Shown here: piece by piece, positions 9,354 through 22,718 of the stretch
How the letters are laid out: each line of letters starts with the position of its first letter
How positions within the stretch are numbered: position 1 is the first letter of the stretch
Virus record (IMG/VR): IMGVR_UViG_2630968639_000008
Length of the DNA: 33,922 bases
Source: a virus
Lineage: Duplodnaviria > Heunggongvirae > Uroviricota > Caudoviricetes
Strand: one strand, 5' to 3'
Made by a program: the position numbers and the translations under genes
Notes under the pieces: generated by a model
The model's database searches: none
Seen by the model: only the letters and a program-made list of their open reading frames with translations
What the model was told of the DNA's origin: nothing

Positions 9354-10379
9354 TTACGCCAGTTGAACGGCCACGAACTCATCAGGATCAGCCAGCAGCA
9401 TCAGCGGTGCTGACTGAATCATGGTGAACTCTCGCGCCGGATCGCCGGATGTCTTCCAGTTTTTCGGATAACGGGGAGACGCATTAATACCCTCACTCAA
9501 TGCATCCGCATCCTGAATACAGCCATAGGTGCGCAGACCGCGTGCCTGAGTGTTCCCCAGCACCATCGTGTTGTCCGGCAGGAAGTTCTTTTTGACGCCG
9601 TTTTCCACGTACTGTCCGGAATACACGACGATGGCCACATCGCCATACATCCCCTTATAGGACACCGCTTTACCCAGGTCTTTCACCGCTGTCTCCAGCT
9701 CGGAATGAGAGCCACGACGGGTATCCAGCTTCTCCCTGACGGCTTTGAAGGAACGGAACAGCGCCCAGCCTTTCGGATCGAACACGATGATATTCACCAC
9801 ACCGCTGGCGTTCAGCGCGTAGGCTTCGATATCGTCGGTCGGGTCATACGTGGACTTGTCACGCTTGCTCCACTCCGTGCCGCCGGACTGCGTGATGTTA
9901 TTCTCCTCACTGCGGCCCATATCCACCTCAACCGGATCGAAGGCTTCACCGGTCATGGTGTATTTGCCCTTAAGCACGGCAGAAACTGCCTGCATCTCTT
10001 CGACCTGAGCAATGGCCAGCTCTTCGTCACGCATGTTCTGCATGATGATGCGACGGCGGCGGTAAGCCGGGTCCGCCAGATTCTGCGGATCTTCATCCGG
10101 CAGGCGACGCAGGGTCATCTGCGGATTCACTTCATGCTTCGGCTTGACATATCCCGGCGTAAATTCAGAGGTGGAGCCGCCACGGGAACGGATAACCTCA
10201 CCGGAAACAATCGGCGAAACGTACAGCGCCATGTTTACCAGTCCCGGAATTTGTGAGAGATAGACTTTCTCCGTGGTGAAGGGATAGCTCTCACGGAAAA
10301 AGAGACGCAGAAACAGCGGATCAAACTTAAATTTCTGCTCATTTGCCGCCAGCAGCTGGGCGGTTGTGTACATCGACAT
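9354..10379 (-). CDS. E: Major capsid protein E
   Basis: Trimmed to ATG at 10379 (MSMYTTAQLLAANEQKF...), 341 aa, matching lambda E. Confidence 0.9.
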   Translation of the reverse strand: MSMYTTAQLLAANEQKFKFDPLFLRLFFRESYPFTTEKVYLSQIPGLVNMALYVSPIVSGEVIRSRGGSTSEFTPGYVKPKHEVNPQMTLRRLPDEDPQNLADPAYRRRRIIMQNMRDEELAIAQVEEMQAVSAVLKGKYTMTGEAFDPVEVDMGRSEENNITQSGGTEWSKRDKSTYDPTDDIEAYALNASGVVNIIVFDPKGWALFRSFKAVREKLDTRRGSHSELETAVKDLGKAVSYKGMYGDVAIVVYSGQYVENGVKKNFLPDNTMVLGNTQARGLRTYGCIQDADALSEGINASPRYPKNWKTSGDPAREFTMIQSAPLMLLADPDEFVAVQLA

Positions 10380-10434
10380 AAAAAAATCCCGTAAAAAAAG
10401 CCGCACAGGCGGCCTTTAGTGATGAAGGGTAAAG

Positions 10435-10767
10435 TTAAACGATGCTGATTGCCGTTCCGGCAAACGCGGTCCGTTTTTTCGTCTCGTCGCTGGCAGCCTC
10501 CGGCCAGAGCACATCCTCATAACGGAACGTGCCGGACTTGTAGAACGTCAGTGTGGTGCTGGTCTGGTCAGCAGCAACTGCAAGAATGCCAACGGCAGCA
10601 CCGTCGGTGGTGCCATCCCACGCAACCAGCTTACGGGTGGAGGTGTCCAGCATCAGCGGGGTCATTGCAGGCGCTTTCGCACTCAATCCGCCGGGCGCGG
10701 TTGCGGTATGAGCCGGGTCACTGTTGCCCAGCGGCTGGTAATGGGTAAAGGTTTCTTTGCTCGTCAT
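10435..10767 (-). CDS. D: Head decoration protein D
   Basis: Trimmed to ATG at 10767 ([12 protein letters not shown]...), 110 aa, matching lambda D. Confidence 0.9.
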   Translation of the reverse strand: MTSKETFTHYQPLGNSDPAHTATAPGGLSAKAPAMTPLMLDTSTRKLVAWDGTTDGAAVGILAVAADQTSTTLTFYKSGTFRYEDVLWPEAASDETKKRTAFAGTAISIV

Positions 10768-10776
10768 AAACATCCC

Positions 10777-12076
10777 TTACACTGGTGTGTTCAGCAAATC
10801 GTTAACGGCATCAGATGCCGGGTTACCTGCAGCCAGCGGTGCCGGTGCCCCCTGCATCAGACGATCCAGCGCAGTGTCACTGCGCGCCTGTGCACTCTGT
10901 GGTGCTGCGGCCAGAATGCGGCGGGCCGTTTCCACGGTCATACCGGGGGTTTCTGCCAGCACGCGGGCCTGTTCTTCGCGTCCGTGAGCCTCCTCACAGT
11001 TGAGGATCCCCATAATGCGGCTGTTTTCTGCCGCAACCGCTGCGGTGATCTGCGCGTTCACGTCCGGCTGCGCCGCGCTGGCGTTTTCGCCCTCCGTCGC
11101 TGGCACCACGTCAGTAACGTCAGCCTACGAAGCAGTGGCTGAAACAGTTGTTGATTGAGTCTCTTTGGTCATTCGCCCTCCTGAGAGACGGGATTTACGT
11201 GCATCCAGTGCATCACGCATGACGGTGATCGCATCGGTGCTGTTAACAAGTTCATCAGCCAGTCCGGCATCAATGGCCTCCTGACCGCTGTACACTGCAG
11301 CCTCGGTATCCAGCACAGCCTGCACGGACAGGCCGGTATATGCCGACACCTTCTGCGCAAACATCCGGCGGGTTGCATCCATCCGGGACTGCAGTGTCTC
11401 CCGGACGTCATCCGGAAGATGGCTGTAGGGGTTGCCATCCACCTTATGGCTGCCGCTGTAAATCAGCGTGATTTCCACGCCCTGTTTCTCCAGCGCAGCA
11501 CCGTAATTACTGTGAGCCATCATGACGCCGATGGAGCCTGTCCGGGCGGTCTGCGTGACCAGACGCCGGGAGGCGGCGCTGGCAAGCAGCTGACCTGCAC
11601 TGCAGTTCATGTCGTTGGCCAGCGCCCATACCGGTTTTATGTCTCGCACACGGGCGATGATGTCAGCACAGTCAAATGCTCCCGCCACCATCCCGCCCGG
11701 TGTGTCCATATCGAGCAGAATGCCGTCCACCATCGGATCGCTGGCAGCCTGTTGCAGACGGGCGATAATGCCGTTGTAACCGGTCATTCCCGAATACGGC
11801 TGCAGCGCCCGCGTCCGGCTGACCAGCGTACCGGACACCGGCAGCACGGCGATGCCGTTCATGACCTGATAACTGCGGGCCTGTCGTGGTCCGTCATCAT
11901 CACCGGATAACGCCAGCGCCGCGGGTGCCTCTCCGGCAGTCAGGCTGTCGCCGGACACCGCATCCGTCAGGCGACTGATCCCAAGCTGGCCTGCAAGCGC
12001 ACAAAAGAAAATCCGCGCATAGGCGGGTTCAAGCATCAGCGGCTCATTAAAAGCCATGCTGGCAATATGCGGGAGA

Positions 12077-12096
<20 letters not shown>
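10777..12096 (-). pseudogene. C: Prohead protease/scaffold gene C with nested Nu3, interrupted by a single in-frame TAG at 11127..11125
   Basis: GTG start at 12096..12094 preceded by GGAGGAG; the frame is otherwise continuous to the stop at 10777 (439 codons, lambda C length). Reading across the TAG gives ...TVSATAS*ADVTDVVPATEGE... Uninterrupted segments are 11125..12096 and 10777..11109. Would be functional only with amber suppression. Confidence 0.75.
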
Positions 12097-15777
<3,681 letters not shown>

Positions 15778-15803
<26 letters not shown>

Positions 15804-16323
15804 TCAGCAACCCCGGTATCAGTTCATCCAGCGCGGCTGCTTTGTTCATGGCTTTGATGATATCCCGTTTCAGGAAATCAACATGTCGGTTTTCCAGTTC
15901 CGGAAAACGCCGCTGCACCGACAGGGGGATCCCGTCGAGAATACTGGCAATTTCACCTGCGATCCGCGACAGCACGAAAGTACAGAATGCGGTTTCCACC
16001 ACTTCAGCTGAGTCTCTGGCATTCTTCAGTTCCTGTGCGTCGGCCTGCGCACGCGTAAGTCGATGGCGTTCGTACTCAATAGTCCCTGGCTGGAGATCTG
16101 CCTCGCTGGCCTGGCGCAGTTCTTCAACCTCCCGGCGCAGCTTTTCGTTCTCAATTTCAGCATCCCTTTCGGCATACCATTTTATAACGGCGGCAGAGTC
16201 ATAAAGCACCTCATTACCCTTGCCACCGCCTCGCAGAACGGGCATTCCCTGTTCCTGCCAGTTCTGAATGGTACGGATACTCGCACCGAAAATGTCAGCC
16301 AGCTGCTTTTTGTTGACTTCCAT
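15778..16323 (-). CDS. nu1: Terminase small subunit Nu1
   Basis: 181-aa ORF MEVNKKQLADIFGASIRTIQNWQEQGMPVLRGGGKGNEV..., matching lambda Nu1; first gene after cos. Confidence 0.92.
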
Positions 16324-16560
16324 TGTTCATTCCACGGACAAAAACAGAGAAAGGAAACGACAAAGGCCCAAAAGTTCGTTTTCAGCACCTGTCGTTTCCT
16401 TTCTTTTCAGGGGGTATTTTAAATAAAAACATTAAGTTACGACGAAGAAGAACGGAAACGCCTTAAACCGGAAAATTTTCATAAATAGCGAAAACCCGCG
16501 AGGTCGCCGCCCCGTAACCTGTCGGATCACCGGAAAGGACCCGTAAAGCGATAATGATTA
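16324..16560 (-). other. cos region: cosN 12-nt cohesive-end sequence at 16501-16512, cosB between cosN and Nu1, cosQ side at 16513-16560
   Basis: Plus strand reads AGGTCGCCGCCC at 16501-16512, the reverse complement of the lambda cohesive end GGGCGGCGACCT; flanking sequence matches the recalled lambda right end (...GTTACGGGGCGGCGACCTCG). Confidence 0.85.
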
Positions 16561-16711
16561 TCATCTACATATCACAACGTGCGTGGAGGCCATCAAACCA
16601 CGTCAAATAATCAATTATGACGCAGGTATCGTATTAATTGATCTGCATCAACTTAACGTAAAGACAACTTCAGACAATACAAATCAGCGACACTGAATAC
16701 AGGGCAACCTC

Positions 16712-16906
16712 ATGTCAACGAAGAACAGAACCCGCAGAACAACAACCCGCAACATCCGCTTTCCTAACCAAATGATTGAACAAATTAACATCGCTCTTGT
16801 TCAAAAAGGGTCCGGGAATTTCTCAGCCTGGGTCATTGAAGCCTGCCGTCGGAGACTAACGTCAGAAAAGAGAGCATATACATCAATCCAAAGTGATGAT
16901 GGATGA
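16712..16906 (+). CDS. Hypothetical small protein with ribbon-helix-helix-like pattern (possible DNA-binding protein)
   Basis: 64-aa ORF; RNIRFP strand-like segment followed by two short helices (NQMIEQINIALVQKG, NFSAWVIEACRRRL) resembles the Arc/CopG fold; same strand as bor. Weak RBS. Confidence 0.35.
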   Translation: MSTKNRTRRTTTRNIRFPNQMIEQINIALVQKGSGNFSAWVIEACRRRLTSEKRAYTSIQSDDG

Positions 16907-17268
16907 ACATCCCGGTTTCTTCCACCATCGCACCGGAAAAGCGACTATGAGGGTAACCCTGCGTCTGTCAGCACAGTAAAACCCGGTGTGCATCGTTTTT
17001 GATTATTCCCGCACACTCACGCAGAAGGAATTCCCCGTCGGGCTACGGTCATGGTTAATGCGGGAATACGGCGACGATACAGCGCAGCTAAAAGGGTAAT
17101 AGACGGATAGACCGATTTATTTCATTCCACAGGATTCTGAGTGTCCCCAACTTCCTCCAATAGTCTGAGCGTACACCTATATAGTTTTAATTTTCATCAA
17201 TCCATTTAACTATCGTTTAATTGTTGTCACATAGGATTCTGCCGTTTTTAACAATGCAGGATAATAAG

Positions 17269-17562
17269 ATGAAAAAAATGTTGTTTTCTGCCGCTCTGGC
17301 AATGCTTATTACAGGATGTGCTCAACAGACGTTTACTGTTGGAAACAAACCTACAGCAGTAACACCAAAGGAAACCATCACCCATCATTTCTTCGTTTCG
17401 GGAATTGGACAGGAGAAAACTGTTGATGCAGCCAAAATTTGTGGCGGCGCAGAAAATGTTGTTAAAACAGAAACCCAGCAAACATTCGTAAATGGATTTC
17501 TCGGTTTTATTACTTTAGGCATTTATACTCCGCTGGAAGCGCGTGTGTATTGCTCACAATAA
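17269..17562 (+). CDS. bor: Bor lipoprotein (serum-resistance type lysogenic-conversion protein)
   Basis: Track ORF trimmed to ATG at 17269: MKKMLFSAALAMLITGCAQQ... has a signal peptide and lipobox (LITGC); 97 aa; antisense to the lysis genes as in lambda. Confidence 0.85.
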   Translation: MKKMLFSAALAMLITGCAQQTFTVGNKPTAVTPKETITHHFFVSGIGQEKTVDAAKICGGAENVVKTETQQTFVNGFLGFITLGIYTPLEARVYCSQ

Positions 17563-17593
17563 TTGCATGAGTTGCCCATCGATATGGGCAGCT

Positions 17594-18055
17594 CTATCTG
17601 CACTGCTCATTAATATACTTCTGGGTTCCTTCCAGTTGTTTTTGCATAGTGATCAGCCTCTCTCTGAGGGTGAAATAATCCCATTCAGCGGTGTCTGCCA
17701 GTCGGGGGGAGGCTGCATTATCCACGCCGGAGGCGGTGGTGGCTTCACGCACTGACTGACAGACTGCTTTGATGTGCAACCGACGACGACCAGCGGCAAC
17801 ATCATCACGCAGAGCATCATTTTCAGCTTTCGCATTAGCTAACTCCTTCGTGTATTTTTCATCCAGTGCAGCAACATCACGCTGGCGCATCTGCATGTCA
17901 GTAATTGCCGCGTTCGCCAGCTTCAGTTCTCTGGCATTTTTGTCGCGCTGGGCTTTGTAGGTAATGGCGTTATCACGGTAATGATTAACAGCCCATGACA
18001 GGCAGACGATGATGCAGATAACCAGAGCGGAGATAATCGCGGTTACTCTGTTCAT
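17594..18055 (-). CDS. Rz: Spanin inner-membrane subunit Rz
   Basis: 153-aa ORF with an N-terminal TM segment and coiled coil; matches lambda Rz; ATGA overlap with R. Confidence 0.9.
   Translation of the reverse strand: MNRVTAIISALVICIIVCLSWAVNHYRDNAITYKAQRDKNARELKLANAAITDMQMRQRDVAALDEKYTKELANAKAENDALRDDVAAGRRRLHIKAVCQSVREATTASGVDNAASPRLADTAEWDYFTLRERLITMQKQLEGTQKYINEQCR
17653..17835 (-). CDS. Rz1: Spanin outer-membrane lipoprotein Rz1 (embedded in the +1 frame of Rz)
   Basis: 60-aa [26 protein letters not shown]... with lipobox (VVGC) and a proline-rich stretch, lying wholly inside Rz. Confidence 0.85.
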   Translation of the reverse strand: MRKLKMMLCVMMLPLVVVGCTSKQSVSQCVKPPPPPAWIMQPPPDWQTPLNGIISPSERG

Positions 18056-18549
18056 TGCTTACCCCACAAACAGATTTCACGCTCAATCTCACGACGAGTC
18101 ATGAGACCTTTCCATTGCTTACCGCCAGCATATGTCCAGCGACGTAGCTGATCACATGCGCCTTTGATATCACCCTGGTTTATTTTGCGAAGAAGCGTCG
18201 ATATTCTGAAATTGCCAGCACCCACGTTGTAGACGAACGAGTAAAGAGCGCCGCGCGTTGTTTCCGGTATATCGACTTTGATGTACGGGTTAATTTGTCT
18301 GGCGACAGTGGCAAGGTCTTTATTCAGGAGGGCTTTGCATTCTGCTTCGGTATACGTTTTACCGGGAATGATGTCTTTTCCTGTATGCCCGTGACATACA
18401 GTCCATACGCCAACGATATCTTTATATGGTATGTAGCTGACACCTTCCAGACCATCGTCACCACTCGGACCAGTGATGAGCACAGACGCTATGGCAACAG
18501 CCCCACCACCAATAGCAGCTGCTACAGCCTTGCGTAATGATGGCGACAT
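18052..18549 (-). CDS. R: SAR endolysin (phage 21 R-type lysozyme)
   Basis: 165 aa; N-terminal Gly/Ala-rich weakly hydrophobic segment ([20 protein letters not shown]) typical of a signal-anchor-release domain, followed by a lysozyme core with the E...D...T motif region ([24 protein letters not shown]). Not the lambda R transglycosylase. Confidence 0.85.
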   Translation of the reverse strand: MSPSLRKAVAAAIGGGAVAIASVLITGPSGDDGLEGVSYIPYKDIVGVWTVCHGHTGKDIIPGKTYTEAECKALLNKDLATVARQINPYIKVDIPETTRGALYSFVYNVGAGNFRISTLLRKINQGDIKGACDQLRRWTYAGGKQWKGLMTRREIEREICLWGKQ

Positions 18550-18764
18550 TATTCACCTCTCGCAGCCTTACGCTTATCTTCTTTAATCTTGAAATAAAGG
18601 TTTGTCAGGTACGTCAGCAGGCCAAATACCAGGCTACCCAGCACTCCAATTGCCGCCCACTGTGAGGGCGTGACTTTATCTAGCAGCTGTAAAAACCAGT
18701 ACCCGGCACTACCTGCTGAGGTGCCATAGGCGACACCCGTTGTTAACTTATCCATGGATTTCAT
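18549..18764 (-). CDS. S: Pinholin (phage 21 S-type), dual-start motif MKSM
   Basis: 71 aa with two TM segments and Met1/Met4 dual start (holin/antiholin); immediately upstream of the SAR endolysin. Confidence 0.85.
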
Positions 18765-18874
18765 AACCCCACCTCGCAGACAAAGCGGGTGTAAATTGAG
18801 GGAATACTACGAAACGTAACAGACTCGGAGTCAGTGAATAACTCAGGTATTGGGTTATCAGCTAATATCGAGAC

Positions 18875-18909
18875 TCAAAAAATGGAAAAACCCGCTCGAC
18901 GGCGGGTTT
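18875..18909 (-). terminator. Candidate intrinsic terminator or attenuator upstream of S on the late strand
   Basis: Stem AAACCCGC / GCGGGTTT (18888-18895, 18902-18909), loop TCGACG, followed on the minus strand by TTTCCATTTTTT. Confidence 0.4.
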
Positions 18910-19336
18910 AAGCTGTGTGACGAAGTAACCACTCTTAACAGCATAACCAATTTTTTACGTACGTAAACCACTAAATGATATTTGCGAGAATGCTACCGAG
19001 TATTGAAAACACCACTACAAATACATAAGCAAATCTCAACAAATAACCAACAAATAATTTCCAGTGTTATTTTCAGCCGGTTTAAATTGAACCTTCAAAT
19101 TATAGAGCACTTATAAATAACAGCCGTTAATATAAATTGGCTAATAGATTTATTTTTATTCAGCCAAGAGCCATGAATAGGATTCGATAGAAAAAAGTTC
19201 AGATAAAAATAGAGATCTACTTCACAAATCAAACGAGAAACCAAAACTTACATCTTGAAATAATCACATTGATTAGATGAATATTTATCGCGCAGTGACA
19301 TCATTTTTTAATAATAGTTCAAAAAAAGGGCTCACG

Positions 19337-20434
19337 ATGAAAAAATTAACAGTGGCAATTTCTGCTGTAGCTGCATCAGTACTGATGGCGATGTCTGCTC
19401 AGGCAGCTGAAATTTATAATAAAGACAGTAACAAGCTGGATCTGTACGGGAAAGTTAATGCTAAGCACTACTTCTCCTCTAATGATGCAGATGATGGTGA
19501 TACTACTTATGCCCGTCTTGGCTTCAAAGGTGAAACCCAAATCAACGATCAACTGACTGGTTTCGGTCAGTGGGAATATGAATTCAAAGGCAACCGCGCT
19601 GAATCTCAAGGTTCCTCCAAAGATAAAACCCGTCTTGCCTTCGCTGGCCTGAAATTCGGTGACTACGGCTCCATCGATTACGGCCGTAACTACGGTGTAG
19701 CATACGACATCGGTGCGTGGACTGACGTCCTGCCAGAATTCGGTGGTGACACTTGGACTCAAACCGACGTGTTCATGACTCAACGTGCAACTGGTGTTGC
19801 AACCTATCGTAACAACGACTTCTTTGGTCTGGTTGATGGTCTGAATTTTGCTGCTCAGTACCAAGGCAAAAACGATCGTAGCGATTTCGATAACTACACT
19901 GAAGGTAACGGTGATGGCTTCGGTTTCTCTGCTACCTATGAATACGAAGGATTCGGTATCGGTGCAACTTATGCGAAATCTGATCGTACCGACACTCAAG
20001 TTAATGCAGGGAAAGTTCTTCCTGAAGTATTTGCTTCCGGTAAAAATGCAGAAGTTTGGGCCGCAGGTCTGAAATATGACGCTAACAACATTTACCTGGC
20101 CACTACCTATTCTGAAACCCAGAATATGACTGTATTTGCTGATCACTTCGTTGCTAATAAAGCCCAAAACTTCGAAGCTGTTGCACAATATCAGTTCGAT
20201 TTCGGTCTGCGTCCGTCCGTTGCTTACCTGCAATCTAAAGGTAAGGATCTTGGAGTATGGGGCGATCAGGACTTAGTCAAATATGTTGATGTAGGTGCAA
20301 CCTATTACTTCAACAAAAATATGTCTACTTTCGTTGATTACAAAATCAACCTGCTTGACAAAAATGACTTCACTAAAGCACTCGGTGTAAGCACTGATGA
20401 CATCGTTGCTGTAGGTCTGGTTTACCAGTTCTAA
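19337..20434 (+). CDS. OmpC/OmpF-family general porin (prophage NmpC/Lc-type), apparently intact
   Basis: 365 aa from ATG 19337 (track ORF starts upstream): signal peptide [29 protein letters not shown], porin beta-barrel hallmarks, C-terminal ...VGLVYQF; long AT-rich promoter region upstream; antisense to Q and S as in DLP12 nmpC. Confidence 0.85.
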   Translation: MKKLTVAISAVAASVLMAMSAQAAEIYNKDSNKLDLYGKVNAKHYFSSNDADDGDTTYARLGFKGETQINDQLTGFGQWEYEFKGNRAESQGSSKDKTRLAFAGLKFGDYGSIDYGRNYGVAYDIGAWTDVLPEFGGDTWTQTDVFMTQRATGVATYRNNDFFGLVDGLNFAAQYQGKNDRSDFDNYTEGNGDGFGFSATYEYEGFGIGATYAKSDRTDTQVNAGKVLPEVFASGKNAEVWAAGLKYDANNIYLATTYSETQNMTVFADHFVANKAQNFEAVAQYQFDFGLRPSVAYLQSKGKDLGVWGDQDLVKYVDVGATYYFNKNMSTFVDYKINLLDKNDFTKALGVSTDDIVAVGLVYQF

Positions 20435-20571
20435 TCTGATTACGAAAAAGATATGTTGCGGGAGACGTTGCCTCCCCAACATATAAGTGGCTCCCTCAAG
20501 CCACTTCCTTTAGAAGCACAACCTTGCTTCTAACTATATAAACCTTCTGTTATATATTACCCTTTATTTTT

Positions 20572-20606
20572 GGGGGCGTCTCAACGCCCCATTTTTAATA
20601 ATTTTT
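20572..20606 (+). terminator. Rho-independent terminator downstream of the porin gene
   Basis: Stem GGGGCG / CGCCCC (20573-20578, 20585-20590) followed by ATTTTTAATAATTTTT. Confidence 0.55.
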
Positions 20607-20623
20607 AGTAAACAATTGGCATA

Positions 20624-21007
20624 TTAATTAGAGTTATTAACAACGATATCCATCTCTAACCGGATATCTAATGCCATTAACATCCCTTCAATTATGCCCT
20701 CAGCCTTCTGTAACCTTTTCCCGATATAACCATCAGAGCAGCAATGCTTACCTGCCAGTGACATGAATGTCATACCGACTACATAATAATCTACTAATAA
20801 ATCGTGCAAATCGCTGTTGTTCTTTTTCAGACGGGCCATGCACCCGCAAATGATCATCGCGTCATCGTCACAACATTGCGGGCGAGATTTTACTTTTGAA
20901 GTAATTAATCCCTTAAAACCGGCGGCAATGGACGACCAGGTCACATCTTCATGATTATTAGCCGCCCACGCTCCCCAACGCTCAAGAACCATCTGAATAT
21001 CACGCAT
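20624..21007 (-). CDS. Q: Late-gene antiterminator Q (phage 82 / DLP12 QuuD-like)
   Basis: Trimmed to ATG 21007 ([21 protein letters not shown]...), 127 aa, Cys-rich ([27 protein letters not shown]); upstream of the lysis cassette on the same strand. Confidence 0.7.
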   Translation of the reverse strand: MRDIQMVLERWGAWAANNHEDVTWSSIAAGFKGLITSKVKSRPQCCDDDAMIICGCMARLKKNNSDLHDLLVDYYVVGMTFMSLAGKHCCSDGYIGKRLQKAEGIIEGMLMALDIRLEMDIVVNNSN

Positions 21008-21229
21008 CAACTTACTCCACAAAAATCAGACCAGAACGCCAATTACAAGCAAAAATCAATAAAACAGTATTAGTTGATTGTTATCTCTGACTTCATACTC
21101 CTGCTCCTGTCAGGGTTTTGGCGTAATTCCTCAGTATTCGGTAATCGGTCAAAACAGAACTGGGGAAACGATATAAGCGCAGGCGCATCCAGCGGTGGCG
21201 AAGAAGTTCTGCCATATAAAACTCAAACA

Positions 21230-21592
21230 TCATTCATCTCCCAGTTCAGTGATGGTCAGCTCCAGCTTTCCACCTTTGACAACCGGCATCTTCACAACGC
21301 GGTAATCAACGATCTGAGCATCATCCAGCCAGAAACCTGCTTTGGTGAGTGCGTCAAAAGAGGCTTTTTGTAGATTATCCAGGTCACGGCGACGGCGATC
21401 CGGCATGTGGCACTCAATGCGGATTTTCACAGGCATAGCCAGACCGATATCCAGCATTGAGCCTTTAATGATTCGGGCGACGTTATCGCGGTATGCCTGC
21501 CCTTCTGCGCTGATGTGCGTGCGCCCTCGATTATGGCGGTAGTAGCGGTTATTGCTCGGCGGCCAGGGTAGTGTGATGTGGTAAGTATTCAC
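21230..21592 (-). CDS. rusA: Holliday junction resolvase RusA
   Basis: 120-aa [29 protein letters not shown]... with the acidic catalytic region ([10 protein letters not shown]); matches recalled DLP12 RusA. Confidence 0.85.
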   Translation of the reverse strand: MNTYHITLPWPPSNNRYYRHNRGRTHISAEGQAYRDNVARIIKGSMLDIGLAMPVKIRIECHMPDRRRRDLDNLQKASFDALTKAGFWLDDAQIVDYRVVKMPVVKGGKLELTITELGDE

Positions 21593-21879
21593 GCCTTAAT
21601 TACCCCCTCTTTCAGCCAGATAACCTGCGTTCTCGCCATACCTTCCAGCGCGCATTCTTTTGCATATCCAGCGTCAACAAAATGCGTGCGGCGGTCGATT
21701 TCGTCGTGGCAGGCAGAACATGCAATGGTGGCAATCAGGTCTGGCGGTTTCGTACCGGTGCCGCACAATCCAGTCAGCCGGATATGTGCCAGTACAGACG
21801 TTTCAGGGTTGCCATTACATACGCCAGGGATTCTTACCTGGCATTCCCGACCACGCGCTGCTTTTCTCAAATCAGCCAT
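21589..21879 (-). CDS. ybcO: YbcO-like nin-region protein (Cys-rich, putative nuclease)
   Basis: Trimmed to ATG 21879 with GGAGGAG upstream; 96 aa; CxxC...CxxC pattern; ATGA-type coupling with rusA. Confidence 0.6.
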   Translation of the reverse strand: MADLRKAARGRECQVRIPGVCNGNPETSVLAHIRLTGLCGTGTKPPDLIATIACSACHDEIDRRTHFVDAGYAKECALEGMARTQVIWLKEGVIKA

Positions 21880-22042
21880 GACTCCTCCTTGCTGCCAGTC
21901 GCAACCATTTTTTATCAACCAAGCTGGCGGTATATCCGAGCAGTGTTGGTATTTCGGATGGCTTCAGCTCAGGCTTACGCTTACGACGATTTGGTACTCT
22001 GTAGATGTGTCCGTTCATGACACGAATAAGCGGTGTAGCCAT
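21872..22042 (-). CDS. ninE: NinE-like small basic protein
   Basis: 56-aa reading from ATG 22042 (overlapping the ybcN stop as TAATG); C-terminal [10 protein letters not shown] resembles lambda NinE. Confidence 0.5.
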   Translation of the reverse strand: MATPLIRVMNGHIYRVPNRRKRKPELKPSEIPTLLGYTASLVDKKWLRLAARRSHG

Positions 22043-22497
22043 TACGCCTCCTGCTTGTCGCGGAGCTGCTGGAACTCGCAGCTCTGCGGAATAGTCAGAT
22101 GGCAACCAATATTCATCGCCCAGGCTTCAACCTTACACAGGAAGACATACATCTCTCCGGTATCAAGATCGGAGGTATGGCGTAACGACTGGATAGTGGT
22201 GATATCACCGGTTACGACATCAACCAGGTCTTTGGTTTCATAACCGAGATATGTGTGTTTGAGAGCATCTTTTACCCAAGCTGGAGTGGCGAACGTTTTA
22301 CCCTTGCTGATGAGGTATTCACTGATTTCGCTGTACCACATGTGGCTGAGTGCATTCTGGGAAAGACTGCGTCTCTCGCGCCACGGTTTAAGCACCATGC
22401 GAAAGCATTTGCCGTCCTCCAGATAAGGCTGGATCTGCTGGCCGATAGCGGTGAAGTTGCCGCGATGTAATTTGATGCCGTCTTGTGAAAGGTTCAC
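22042..22497 (-). CDS. ybcN: NinB / YbcN-family protein
   Basis: 151-aa ORF with the RSLSQN motif, as in the NinB family; first conserved gene right of the AT-rich island. Confidence 0.6.
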   Translation of the reverse strand: MNLSQDGIKLHRGNFTAIGQQIQPYLEDGKCFRMVLKPWRERRSLSQNALSHMWYSEISEYLISKGKTFATPAWVKDALKHTYLGYETKDLVDVVTGDITTIQSLRHTSDLDTGEMYVFLCKVEAWAMNIGCHLTIPQSCEFQQLRDKQEA

Positions 22498-22616
22498 GCT
22501 TCACCTCCGCAGAGGTCAAACGCTGGATGCAAAGAATTGCAGGTGCATTTCTGCATCTGTGAAGGGAGAAGAGAGTTTGGATTGTATGTGCGCATAAACG
22601 TCCCCGTTTAGCGCAG

Positions 22617-22649
22617 AAGTCACCGGAGGAGTTCAAACTCCGGTGACTT
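22617..22649. repeat. Perfect 12-bp inverted repeat (AAGTCACCGGAG ... CTCCGGTGACTT) with a 9-nt loop
   Basis: Seen directly; lies at the junction between the nin genes and the AT-rich cargo; no clean U-tract on either strand. Confidence 0.7.
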
Positions 22650-22718
22650 AATTATGACAAGTTGATTATTGAAAATCAAAAGTCATTTAAACAATAATGA
22701 TACCCCGCAAGAGATTTC

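Noticed and set aside
18052-18549. Calling the endolysin a lambda-type R transglycosylase
   Set aside because: The sequence has a SAR-type N-terminus and a lysozyme-like core unlike the recalled lambda R; annotated as a phage-21-type SAR endolysin instead.
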